DNA of 64,000 bases from an uncultured Candidatus Saccharibacteria bacterium (GCA_964350165.1 CAYGJA010000002.1:119822-183821); one strand, 5' to 3'; shown: positions 31,401 to 39,275, counted from the first letter of the stretch. Numbers and translations are program-made. The notes: a model not told the origin generated them from the sequence alone.

Positions 31401-33577
31401 TGTTCAACAGTGATGGCAACCTGGTGGTTGGTGCTGGATATGGAGGCACCCAGAACGAAATCGATGGCTACATGGACGAATTGAGGATTAGTAGCGTGGC
31501 TCGAACGGCCGATTGGATTGCGGCGGAGTACAATAATCAGAATACAGCGAATGGGTTTTATGTGGTTGGATTTCACGAGACCGATTGGGCTGATTGGGGG
31601 TATCGAACAAGTATCATCATTGATGCTGATCGGGTAACCTCTACACTTATTAATTTCCCGGTGTATGTCGATTTGTCAGATTTACCAAGTGGTTTTTGGA
31701 CGAATGTTCAGGCCGATGGTGATGATATTCGTATTACCAATGCCGACGGTGAGGAAATGCCAATCGAATTAGTCTCTATTACGGACAGTGGCACCACAGG
31801 TACAGGGGAACTGCATTTCAAGGCAGATTCTCTCTCGTCTTTGGTCGACACTATTTTCTACATCTACTACGGCAACGCATCTGCTACTGGCTACGCCACC
31901 ACCAACACGTATGGTGCGGAGAATGTGTGGACTGATTATTACGCAGTGTTTCATTTGAATGAAAATGTAAACACAGCCTCTGGTGGGTATGCCAATAGTG
32001 CTGGTGGTGGTGATGGTACCGGAACAGGCATGGCAGAAGCAGCTGTTGCTGGAGCGCTGGGCGGCGGACAAGCCCAGGCTTTTGCTGCTGGCGCAGATTA
32101 TATTAGTTTTACGGAGACTTTAACTAGTGAGGATACCGTAACCATGAGTGCTTGGGCGTATCCAACAGAAACACAGCCTGCATATGTAGGGATTTTGGAA
32201 AGTAGAACTGATAATTTCGTTGGTCTGCTTGATAGTGGCGCCGGAACTGATATGTTGACTACTGCTTGGAATGGTGGCGCTGGAGAATATGATGCAAATA
32301 CTGGCTTAACCTGGTCACAAAATGAATGGCAGTTTTTTGCGGGCGTGGTAGACGATAATACGACCGTACGAACCTATCTCAATGACCAATTTTTCGATGT
32401 GGTCAGTGCGAGCAACACAAGATCTCCGGCTCTTTGGTATATAGGTGTTGACCCGATTTCAGCCGGCACTAGAGATTGGCGTGGTTATCTGGACGAAGTT
32501 CGTATTGCAAAAGAAGTGAGAAGCGCGGATTGGTTGCAGGCTGAATATCTAAACCAAGGAACACCCGAAGCTTTTTACACGGTTGGCGCCCACACGGTGG
32601 TGACACAAACAAATTCCTGGCTAGAAAATGAAGACACTTTGGCGGAAATAACGATCGGGGATATTGCTCACCTGCGATTATTGGTTTCGAATGAAGGGTC
32701 TGCACCATCGGGAGATGTGCAGTATCTATTGCAGGTTTCCGAACCAAATCCAGCTAGCTGTGCTACTGCCAGCTCGTGGGATAGCGTGACGGTAGATAGC
32801 CACTGGAATCTGGCCGATACTGCTTTTTATGAAGATATGGACAATTCGTATGATGTCGCCAGTGGTCTTACGAACGAAAATACAGCCTTTGTCAAAGGTT
32901 GGATAATGGAAAGCAGTGATACTTCGAGTAAGGTCGATCTAACTACTACGGAATTCACCGAACTCAAATACAGCTTGACCCCCACCGCTGACGCAACTAC
33001 CGGGGCAACCTATTGTTTTCGAGTGATTGATAATGGAGTAACTACGAATTTTACTCATAGTGTGTATGGTCAAGCTTCTGTTGCCGGGGGTGCCCAAACC
33101 ATAAGTTTTAGCATCTCGGATTCAACTATTGGTTTCGGGACACTTACCTCTGCCTTTACTCGTTTTGCAACGGGGGACACCCTAGGCACCACCACCACAT
33201 CAAGCGCACACACACTAACTGCTTCTACTAATGCCTCTAGTGGATACTCAATAATTGTTGAGGGTGCAACACTTACAGACGGCTCATACACTATTGATGC
33301 TATTGGCGGAGTGGCCACAACTTCGCAGTCAGGAATAGAGCAGTTTGGGGTTCGGTATACCGCTAGTGGAGGTAGCGGTAGTGTCGCTAGCCCTTATAAT
33401 GGTGCCACGACTTATGCTTATGATGGAGTATCGAATGCTGATGTTGTTGCTAGTTTGGGGGCCGGGGACGGAGTCGCAACTATTTACTCTGCTTACTATA
33501 TTGCAAACATTGCCGATCTTACAGAAGGTGGGACTTACTCGACACAAATTCAGTACACCATAACTGCAAACTACTAA
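25439..33577 (+). CDS. Giant (2712 aa) cell-surface protein with repeated about-350-aa modules, two DUF2341-like plus LamG-like lectin modules, a beta-helix region and a C-terminal domain shared with the next gene
   Basis: It has a signal/anchor N-terminus. There are four copies of a module beginning IHYRWRGD. There are two copies of ADFPIYVDLSDLP...DGDDIRITD...YIYYGNASATGY (DUF2341-like). Each is followed by ...DELRISSVARTADWIAAEYNNQ / DEVRIAKEVRSADWLQAEYLNQ (LamG-like jellyroll ending). A beta-helix region follows (NSILHDISGDD, ANNIIYDIS, SNTIFDIT). Confidence 0.6.
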   Translation: MARNTLSFRKSLVNFFLLVTMFAPLVFSGWPQSGLFNPSVQEVRAAVGDIGHWEDSIGGQIPGLTFAGFDFDNEIRNDGIYTKPNDSTIELDEAGDYLIIATIRGTDNSNGRYNPQGRVALTSGSGTLYTSYNTGYSRDNSENESWVRAVGVVIGASANAQIQIQRRRDTDAPTSGSVPGQSDVQVVRINPTNYGVYAIGGTTDTYAGSAPYGANTPDTVDITAVTAESSTSAIEGNTTTETVTVKGDNKRYLVAWSVSGDTGGVRTQRIGHLEYDGVDDLATRSYCYQRQASDEYCGLGAIDIIETSTADRAIQVEVYIGDGAASDQGGAENTGSWVADGNGQLVILELPDSLEVFRAHDSIGLQDITSAVTLNAARDVDFNDANSFTKASNTAIDVTYPADIFAFGNVWTARNNVGSGLRLTAYGRITINGVEQSVGEHGNYTRGDQSTSGTFGGVFSPAGIFTIGTAGHDIGINMDPLAGTEGGGADRTQAGTVGFFALNLDTLLPPAFEQSAYRFFANTNSADVGSALAVQDSAATLATTGDAFRLRTLIHVSDAPLRPSLQDFKLQFAEKSGTCDTSFTGESYADVTGATVIAFNNNATPADGDNLTANASDPTHGGHTIVNQDYEEANNFTNSVAAIPAGQDGKWDFSLIDNGATANTSYCFRIVEADNTQLSTYTVIPEVITASAGGSPDIAQIHYRWRGDTEGETGTTWAFAEDATSTSLVKQTPTRLRFAISNEGTADTGNIEYQLEVSGANPSSCSVASYQAVTAGGETHWDMATSTNFTNSDPTTNNSGITDENTTFVAGDIMDTSDTTGVIDLTSTQHTQVEFSIEANTSATNGGTYCFRLTNAGSTTNFSYDQYAAATLETLPDVTVSTEGTQVATVDAGSSGNNMGAKFVITDTAGNSPNVTTLVFAENGTIDSVNDISSIFVRAESDTSDPYDCASESYDGTEYSYGPADIDGFNSAGGTASFTDSFSISPTSAMCVYVRLGIGVGASPGETIELQITDPSTDVVVSSGTVGPSTPVLLPGTTVVSGLPDLDQIRYRWLYDNEDENEADVIAAENATNTAVIKNDIQRLRFMVSNEGSGTSGSTTYRLEVSEANPSSCSAGTYERVSTDADWDLGNSLEFSDGAATADSGSYLTNENTTFVAGEQKDTSDTTSGITLTSTEFTEIEYAIKPTTAATDGGNYCFRLTNAGTALDTYTQYAIAAVKSTATNIYRSVGTNQSNLNVAGATITIATSTVTFSTDPTSGSGNIGVGDVIQYQDGGAGQYYLAFITGRTSATEYTVTNYSGGLPHKVAAGETALVYRVYDHAAGWEANTLSQENANIDATVDDYVILPSTNLTDYNYVMKVPLYKDGVDNEYLSLAGWTTSASNYIHLFTPIASSEVGTSQRHTGIAGTGYVYARTGAPGAGTSSHINVTVPFVRIEGIELDGSFFRGGENVNGILFNAAGSSDLRLTNSILHDISGDDCCDEDASLVNAVAVQSSADTVRIANNIIYDISSSSAHASSDVAGIKLSNSAGNVYVYSNTIFDITQTSVSGGDARGIYETSISSYLLKNNYVGGTVASNGSSVESDYVGDFASGSTNNVSSDATAGDDVDQVNEITGQNSYANYFRDVDPGEEDLRLKSNSNTLWGSYGADLDVDGNIAITTDIEGEARDGTNPDIGADEAVNVADLQQLHYRWGTDDGRESWYSSSWQHRVSVNIPGTNLVAPMADFPIYVDLSDLPTAFFETVQTDGDDIRITDGDGVTELPFELVSINTGTQTGELHFKADLFTGTVNNFYIYYGNASATGYATTDTYGAENVWTNGYSGVWHLGETVTDEQTSGVHYDSTSNSLDGSQNNNATLAAGKLGQAQNFDGTSDAITIADNDALTPVGDATYSYWAYLETLNTSNDGVFLYKMHSVAPWYSYIIEFDGNGTDHQIANYLDTNESNNQAGSTATTSAGAWFSVNAVRESDTWKYYLNSAATGWTSALTTDMFNSDGNLVVGAGYGGTQNEIDGYMDELRISSVARTADWIAAEYNNQNTANGFYVVGFHETDWADWGYRTSIIIDADRVTSTLINFPVYVDLSDLPSGFWTNVQADGDDIRITNADGEEMPIELVSITDSGTTGTGELHFKADSLSSLVDTIFYIYYGNASATGYATTNTYGAENVWTDYYAVFHLNENVNTASGGYANSAGGGDGTGTGMAEAAVAGALGGGQAQAFAAGADYISFTETLTSEDTVTMSAWAYPTETQPAYVGILESRTDNFVGLLDSGAGTDMLTTAWNGGAGEYDANTGLTWSQNEWQFFAGVVDDNTTVRTYLNDQFFDVVSASNTRSPALWYIGVDPISAGTRDWRGYLDEVRIAKEVRSADWLQAEYLNQGTPEAFYTVGAHTVVTQTNSWLENEDTLAEITIGDIAHLRLLVSNEGSAPSGDVQYLLQVSEPNPASCATASSWDSVTVDSHWNLADTAFYEDMDNSYDVASGLTNENTAFVKGWIMESSDTSSKVDLTTTEFTELKYSLTPTADATTGATYCFRVIDNGVTTNFTHSVYGQASVAGGAQTISFSISDSTIGFGTLTSAFTRFATGDTLGTTTTSSAHTLTASTNASSGYSIIVEGATLTDGSYTIDAIGGVATTSQSGIEQFGVRYTASGGSGSVASPYNGATTYAYDGVSNADVVASLGAGDGVATIYSAYYIANIADLTEGGTYSTQIQYTITANY
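30811..30886 (+). repeat. Intragenic direct repeat copy 1 (about 75 nt, near-identical to 31858-31931)
   Basis: The sequence ctacatctactacggcaacgcatctgctactggctacgccaccacc(g/a)acacgtatggtgcggagaatgtgtggac appears twice, 1047 nt apart. Confidence 0.85.
31858..31931 (+). repeat. Intragenic direct repeat copy 2
   Basis: See copy 1. It is embedded in a diverged about-1 kb tandem duplication, 30541-31560 versus 31585-32590. Confidence 0.85.
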
Positions 33578-33580
33578 GCT

Positions 33581-33607
33581 TATTCACAGTAATTGAATAG
33601 TTTTTTT
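33581..33607 (+). terminator. Rho-independent terminator after the giant gene (TATTCA-cagtaat-TGAATA, T7)
   Basis: It was read directly and lies immediately after the TAA stop at 33575-33577. Confidence 0.65.
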
Positions 33608-33635
33608 GAGAAAGACTAACTATAGAGGTTATAAT
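33606..33635 (+). promoter_or_regulatory. Candidate sigma70 promoter (-35 TTGAGA, 17-18 nt spacer, -10 TATAAT) for the downstream surface-protein genes
   Basis: The hexamers were read directly, about 40 nt upstream of the ATG at 33677. Confidence 0.4.
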
Positions 33636-33676
33636 GGGGCCATGTGTTTACGCGCACATCTCTTATTCGGAATAGC

Positions 33677-34726
33677 AAAATTATAATGACCAAATATATT
33701 AAAAAAATCACAGCGATTGGTCTGGTTGTTGCTTCGATTGTGGCAATGACACCTCGGCCAGCTTTTGCGGCTGCTTTGACAGGCCTGTCTGACAACATGT
33801 CTAGCCAAAAGATAGGAACAGCCTCTAATCACACGATTGCATTTGTGACTCCTTCTGGGGTTGGTGCTGGAGAAACCATAACCGTAACTTTTCCATCTGG
33901 TTTCACCATTGGTTCAGTTGATAATACTGACATTGACGTTACAGGGAGCACTGCGGGGGAATTAACTTTGGGGGCTACTGCTTCGGCTGGTACTTGGGGA
34001 GCTGCTTTCTCTAGTCAGACGTTGACCATTACTTCTGGAACGGGCACCATCGCTCCTGGAGAAACGGTAACCATCGAAATCGGTACGCATGCCACAGCTG
34101 GCGCAACGGGAGATCAACAAATCACCAACCATGCTTCTGCTTCTACGTATTCGATTACGATAGCGGGCACCTTTGGTGACACTGGTTCTATCCTCATTCC
34201 TATTCTAAATGACGACCAAGTCAATATTACAGCCGAAGTTGGTCAGACCCTTACATTCTCTATTTCTGACACTACGATTGGTTTTGGGACGCTTACTTCT
34301 GGCAATGCGCGTTATGCCAGTGGTGATGCTTTGGGAACCACTACTACTGCTGCTCCCGCTCATAACTTGATTGTTGGAACAAATGCTTCTAGTGGTTACA
34401 ACGTTACTTACGAAGGCGCTACTCTTACTTCGGGATCAGACACCATTACCGCGGCTACGATTTCTGGCGATGCCAATGGTACCCCTGGTACTGAGCAGTT
34501 TGCTATTTCCTATGATACGGACGGAGACGCAACTATTGCATCTGGTTATGAACAAGCCAGTGACAACTACAATTTCGTAGTCAGTACCGCCACCACTTTT
34601 GCTTCCGAGACCTCAGCTTCAGCTAATGAGACCATTGGTGCTTACTACATTGCAAACATCGCCACCCTCACAGAGGCTGGTTCGTACAGCACAACCCTTA
34701 CTTACACCGCTACTGCTAACTACTAA
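33677..34726 (+). CDS. Secreted protein whose C-terminal half is homologous to the C-terminus of the upstream giant protein
   Basis: It has a signal peptide (MTKYIKKITAIGLVVASIVAMTPRPAFAA). Its C-terminal half (about 160 aa, FSISDTTIGFGTLTS...YYIANIATLTEAGSYSTTLTYTATANY) aligns with the giant's C-terminal 160 aa (FSISDSTIGFGTLTS...YYIANIADLTEGGTYSTQIQYTITANY). Confidence 0.55.
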   Translation, partial: KIIMTKYIKKITAIGLVVASIVAMTPRPAFAAALTGLSDNMSSQKIGTASNHTIAFVTPSGVGAGETITVTFPSGFTIGSVDNTDIDVTGSTAGELTLGATASAGTWGAAFSSQTLTITSGTGTIAPGETVTIEIGTHATAGATGDQQITNHASASTYSITIAGTFGDTGSILIPILNDDQVNITAEVGQTLTFSISDTTIGFGTLTSGNARYASGDALGTTTTAAPAHNLIVGTNASSGYNVTYEGATLTSGSDTITAATISGDANGTPGTEQFAISYDTDGDATIASGYEQASDNYNFVVSTATTFASETSASANETIGAYYIANIATLTEAGSYSTTLTYTATANY

Positions 34727-34772
34727 TGCAGGTATTATTGCGGTCAAAGGATGGCAATAGTACAATATCGTT

Positions 34773-35795
34773 ATGTTTAAACTAAGTCTCGCCAAATGGG
34801 TCCTCCTATCTGGAATGTTTGCCGTGTGTTTGCTTGGATGGAATCAGGCCCAAGCCTTAACGATTGGACCAGCCAAAGTAGAGATAGAGGTAGACGCCGG
34901 CAATGTCGTGCGAGACAAAATGACTCTTATTAATGATGAGGAGCGAGAGGTGACGTATTACTCACTGGCAGAGCTCTTTGAAGCTCAAGGCGAAGGGGGG
35001 ACTCCTAATTTTGTGGCTTCCGAAACCGGGCTATCGTCTTGGATAGAGACCGTAGATAAAATCACTCTGCAACCTAACGAAACCGTTGAGGTTCCTTATA
35101 CAATTCGAGTGCCGGTTGACGCTGATCCGGGGGGGCACTTTGCGGCTCTTTTTTGGACGACCCTTGCCCCTGATGCTGGCCAAGATGGCGGGCAAGTTAT
35201 GCTTGGTTCAAAAATCGGCATGCTTATCCTGCTTCGCGTTAACGGTGAAGTAGAAGAGGGTGGTGGTGTGTTGGAATTTTCTACTCTTGGAGACAAAAAG
35301 TTGTTTACGTCGCTACCTATCAAATTTTTCTATCGTTTTCAGAATGACGGCGGAGATAGATTGCGTCCTATTGGAGACATTACAGTTCGAAACATATTTG
35401 GTGGAAAGGCCTCTGTTTTGAATGCTAATCCAACCGAAGGTAATATTTTGCCGGGCAGTGTTCGTAAGTACGAGATCCTCTGGAGTGAAAAAACAAAAGA
35501 AGCTAATTATATTCATACGGAAAAACAAGACGAATCCAAAGGCTATTTTGCTGCTGTAAAATCTCAGTGGTCTAACTTTTTGTTCGGATACTACTCAGCT
35601 CATATTGCAATTGCTTATGGCGAAGAAGATTTGGTAGATAACGAAAAATATTCTTTTTTTATAATTCCTTGGCAGCTGCTAAGCTTAGTCTTCAGTATTC
35701 TAGTATTGGTTGGTTTTGGTGGAAGAACCCTGTTGGTGCGCTACAACCGCATGATTATTGCGCAGGCCAAAAAAGGAGCAAGTCGTAAAAAATAA
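34773..35795 (+). CDS. Cell-surface protein with a signal peptide and a C-terminal TM anchor plus basic tail (CscA/DUF916-like architecture)
   Basis: It has a signal peptide (LLSGMFAVCLLGWNQAQA) and a C-terminus (LSLVFSILVLVGFGGRTLLV) followed by the basic tail QAKKGASRKK. Confidence 0.4.
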   Translation: MFKLSLAKWVLLSGMFAVCLLGWNQAQALTIGPAKVEIEVDAGNVVRDKMTLINDEEREVTYYSLAELFEAQGEGGTPNFVASETGLSSWIETVDKITLQPNETVEVPYTIRVPVDADPGGHFAALFWTTLAPDAGQDGGQVMLGSKIGMLILLRVNGEVEEGGGVLEFSTLGDKKLFTSLPIKFFYRFQNDGGDRLRPIGDITVRNIFGGKASVLNANPTEGNILPGSVRKYEILWSEKTKEANYIHTEKQDESKGYFAAVKSQWSNFLFGYYSAHIAIAYGEEDLVDNEKYSFFIIPWQLLSLVFSILVLVGFGGRTLLVRYNRMIIAQAKKGASRKK

Positions 35796-35802
35796 AAATT
35801 AT

Positions 35803-36270
35803 ATGAGGTCTTTTTCGCTATGGTGGCTTCAAAAATTGCTATTACTGGCACTTATCTTTTTTGCGTTCACAGCTGTTGGTGTTGTGCGGGCGGGTACCAT
35901 TGTTGATTCGGGGGATGTTATTATCACAGCTCAGGTTGGAGTCATTAATCCCGGTGGTGGTGGTGCCACTGGTGATGATGGTGACACTGGTGGAGGAGGG
36001 GGAGGAATTACTGGAAGTGTTGGGTTTATTATTTTCCCTAAAATTATCGAAACACTCAAACCTTTTCCCGACATTGTTTTTGGCCCTGTTCCAAAATTTT
36101 GCTCGCGAAGAGCTGACTTAAATTGTGACGGAGCTGTCAATATTATTGACTTCTCAATCCTTATTTACTGGTTTGATCGTTTGCCAGTTCCAGAGCGGGT
36201 CGATCTAAATCGTGACGGAAAGGTAGATATTGCTGATTTCAGCGTAATGGCTTTTTATTGGACAAATTAA
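35803..36270 (+). CDS. Dockerin-type (duplicated Ca-binding loop) domain protein with a Gly-rich linker
   Basis: The C-terminus has two 22-residue segments, DLNCDGAVNIIDFSILIYWF and DLNRDGKVDIADFSVMAFYW, matching the dockerin repeat pattern D.N.DG.VN..D. It has an N-terminal signal/TM. Confidence 0.6.
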   Translation: MRSFSLWWLQKLLLLALIFFAFTAVGVVRAGTIVDSGDVIITAQVGVINPGGGGATGDDGDTGGGGGGITGSVGFIIFPKIIETLKPFPDIVFGPVPKFCSRRADLNCDGAVNIIDFSILIYWFDRLPVPERVDLNRDGKVDIADFSVMAFYWTN

Positions 36271-36274
36271 GAAT

Positions 36275-37255
36275 ATGAAAACCTTTGTAACGCTAAAAAA
36301 TAATAATAAGGTCTTAATACTAGTTTGTGCTGTGTTTTTTTTGATTTTCCCAACGACGGCTTATGGCTCTAGCGAAGAAATTAACCTAGAAATCAAATCT
36401 ACTGTTTCTGAGGTCGGCGTTGGACAAGATTTGGTGGTAAGTGTTTTTGTGCAAAATCCATCCGCTCGACCAATCAATGCGATAGACACAACGCTCCTCA
36501 TTCCAAAAAATTATTTTGAAATCAAGGAGCTTTGGCTCGGTGATTCTGTAGTACCGCTTTGGCTAGAAGACCCCGAAATAAAAGAAACAGAATCAGCTTG
36601 GCTTGTTCCTTTGTCTGGGGTTATACCTGGTGGAACCACGATAGATGACGCGGAGATTGTTCGTGTCGTATTAACGTCACAGTCTCTTTTGGGTGCCGCT
36701 TCCATCAGACTACTGTCTCCCAAGATTTTTTTACATAACCGAACTGCTGATGTTTTAGAATTGCAAACGATATATGCGGAGATAAATGTGGCGACTCTTG
36801 AGGATGCCGGCCTTATTCAAGAAATTACTGCGATTGATAAGATTCCTCCAGAGCCTTTTGTTCCGATTGTTGCAAGTGATCCCGCTTTGTATGAGGGTGA
36901 TTATTTTCTTATGTTTCAGACAATAGACAGGCAGTCCGGGGTCAGCCACTTTGAATTAATTGAAAGTGATATTTATTATGAAGAAGATGTTTTGATTCAG
37001 GATGAGAATCTTTGGTGGAAACGAGTGGAGAATCCTTATCAATTAGTTGATCAATCTTTGTCTAGTTATATCTATATTAAGGCTGTCGATCGACACGGCA
37101 ATGCTCGAGTGGTGGTTATTCCGCCCACTAATAATCTGAAAAAAAACACAGCATACCCTATAATGAAAGGAGTAATTACTCTGGTCGCCTTATTTGGTTT
37201 ATTGTTCGTTTGGAAAAAAAAGACACAGCATGTGGAAAAGAATGAAGATGAATAG
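36275..37255 (+). CDS. Cohesin-like domain surface protein with a C-terminal TM anchor
   Basis: It has a signal peptide. Its N-terminal domain (LEIKSTVSEVGVGQDLVVSVFVQNPSARPINAIDTTLLIPKNYFEIKELWLGDSV) is cohesin-like. Its C-terminus (VITLVALFGLLFVWKKK) is a TM anchor. Confidence 0.45.
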   Translation: MKTFVTLKNNNKVLILVCAVFFLIFPTTAYGSSEEINLEIKSTVSEVGVGQDLVVSVFVQNPSARPINAIDTTLLIPKNYFEIKELWLGDSVVPLWLEDPEIKETESAWLVPLSGVIPGGTTIDDAEIVRVVLTSQSLLGAASIRLLSPKIFLHNRTADVLELQTIYAEINVATLEDAGLIQEITAIDKIPPEPFVPIVASDPALYEGDYFLMFQTIDRQSGVSHFELIESDIYYEEDVLIQDENLWWKRVENPYQLVDQSLSSYIYIKAVDRHGNARVVVIPPTNNLKKNTAYPIMKGVITLVALFGLLFVWKKKTQHVEKNEDE

Positions 37256-39275
37256 AACAACCCTTGTCCTTTTTCTACTGGCATCAGTTTTTTTTCTGTT
37301 GCCTTATTTTGCCAAAGCGGCGACACTTGAAATAAGTCCACAATCTGGAGAGTTCCCGGTGGGGAGCACCTTTACCGCCAAGGTATACATAAATACCGAA
37401 GGAGAAGAAATAAACGCTCTCGATGTTTCGATTGATTTCCCAGCCGACAAGATACAGCTTGTTTCCCCAAACACCTCTTTGTCTGTGGTTGACGTATGGG
37501 CTAGTCAGCCAAAGTTTAACAATAATACTGGGAGCATTAGTTTTCAGGGAGGTATTCCAAACGGCCTCAGTACTTCGCGGGGGCTGATTAGTGAATTAAC
37601 TTTTCGCGTAAAATCTACTGGGCGAGCAGCTATTATTTTTGATAGTTCGAGTAATGTGTATCTTAATGACGGAGAAGCTACTCCTGCTTCTACTAATTTT
37701 CAAAATAGCCTGTTAACACTAACCTTGCCACCACCAGCGGGCCCAATTGTCTCGACAAGTCAACATCGACAAGGAGTTTGGAGTAAAGACAATAATATTT
37801 TTTTTGAATGGTCGGGGGAATATGAGGGTTATAGTTTGGTCCTGGATCGTAGTCCGGTTACCGTTCCTGACAATGTTGTTGATACCACAGATAATTCGAT
37901 TGCTTACAGAGATTTGGTCGATGGTGTTCATTTTTTTCATATTAAAGCCCTGCGGGGTGGTGTGTGGGGAGGGGTAACTCATTATGAGGTTAATATTGAT
38001 GCCACCAGTCCTGCCTTGTTTGATATTGAATTTTTACCCTCTGCTCGAACCTCAGCCCTTCGGCCGACGATTTCTTTTTTAACTTCGGATAGAAACTCAG
38101 GTATTAATTTTTACGAGATCAGCATCATTCCTTTGTCGGGTAGAGTTGCCGACGGCAGTCAATATGGTTTTATCGAAGCGACCAGCCCGTATATTCCAGA
38201 GAGACTTGAGCCAGGCTCTTATGATGTTATTGTTCGCGCTTATGACAAAGCCGGAAATGTCACTGAGGTAAAACAAAAATTGAGAATTGTGCAAGGTTTT
38301 ATCAGTTTGATTTCTCGTGAGGGGGTTGTGATTCGCGATGTTGCCACCGTGCCCTGGTTTGTTTTGTGGATACTCCTCCTTTTGCTTGTAGCGGCAATTG
38401 CTCGAGAGATTTATATTGCAAGAAAATTAGAGCGTGTGTATCAAGAACACAAAAAAGACAAGGAAGATCCAAAAAAAGTTAGTGAGGCACTCAAAGAACT
38501 AAAGGCATATCAGAAGAAATACGGACATCTCGTGATATTTTTTGCGATAACTGTTTCTGTGCTGACTTTCTTTGATTTCAATTCGGCTCATGCTCAAGAG
38601 ATGGACTCTTCTCAGATGGCGACACCAATAATCACCAGTTGGTCTGAAACGGTCACCAATGATGAAATTTTTTACGTTCGTGGCTATTCTTCGCGAGCAG
38701 CTGAAGCTACAGTGCTTTACTTGCAAGACAGAAATACCGGATCTGTTCAGACTTTTGAAATTGACATTAGCGAAGGCGGAGACTGGTTTTATCGACATGG
38801 TACTTTTTTGCGACCAGGCGACTATGGAATCTGGGTCCAAGCCAGATTTGGCGATGAGTTATCCGCCCCAAGCTCTGAACGGATTGTTAGGGTAAGTAAA
38901 GAAGCTTTATCCTTCGGTCTGTCTAGGCTTAGTTTGGGGGCAGTGTATTTGATTATTACGGTGCTCCTGATTTTGCTTCTTTTCTTTTTTGCCTGGTACG
39001 CGACTCGCATAAAAAGAAAAGCGAGGTTAGGTTATGAGCGATATTTGGAAGAAATAAAAGAAGCAGAAGAATCGGTGCGTCGAGGTTTTGCCATTCTTCG
39101 TCGCGACCTGCATCGTGAACTCAAGAGCCTTCGAGCTCAGATTGAAAATCACACCATTACCCCCGAGGAGTTGATGGAAAAAGAACAGTTACTGTTGGAT
39201 GACTTGCGGCACATAGAACAAAAGATTGGTAAGGAAGTTTGGGATATAGAGATTGAGGCTGAAAAAAACAAATAA
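37230..39275 (+). CDS. Cohesin-like domain protein with Ig/FN3-like middle domains, two TM segments and a C-terminal cytoplasmic coiled coil
   Basis: Its N-terminus LEISPQSGEFPVGSTFTAKVYINTEGEEINALDVSIDFPADKIQLVSPNTS...SISFQGGIPNG...LISELTFRVKSTGRAAIIF matches the cohesin pattern strongly. It has TM helices (VPWFVLWILLLLLVAAIA, LGAVYLIITVLLILLLFFFAWY). Its C-terminus is charged and helical. Confidence 0.55.
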   Translation: MWKRMKMNRTTLVLFLLASVFFLLPYFAKAATLEISPQSGEFPVGSTFTAKVYINTEGEEINALDVSIDFPADKIQLVSPNTSLSVVDVWASQPKFNNNTGSISFQGGIPNGLSTSRGLISELTFRVKSTGRAAIIFDSSSNVYLNDGEATPASTNFQNSLLTLTLPPPAGPIVSTSQHRQGVWSKDNNIFFEWSGEYEGYSLVLDRSPVTVPDNVVDTTDNSIAYRDLVDGVHFFHIKALRGGVWGGVTHYEVNIDATSPALFDIEFLPSARTSALRPTISFLTSDRNSGINFYEISIIPLSGRVADGSQYGFIEATSPYIPERLEPGSYDVIVRAYDKAGNVTEVKQKLRIVQGFISLISREGVVIRDVATVPWFVLWILLLLLVAAIAREIYIARKLERVYQEHKKDKEDPKKVSEALKELKAYQKKYGHLVIFFAITVSVLTFFDFNSAHAQEMDSSQMATPIITSWSETVTNDEIFYVRGYSSRAAEATVLYLQDRNTGSVQTFEIDISEGGDWFYRHGTFLRPGDYGIWVQARFGDELSAPSSERIVRVSKEALSFGLSRLSLGAVYLIITVLLILLLFFFAWYATRIKRKARLGYERYLEEIKEAEESVRRGFAILRRDLHRELKSLRAQIENHTITPEELMEKEQLLLDDLRHIEQKIGKEVWDIEIEAEKNK

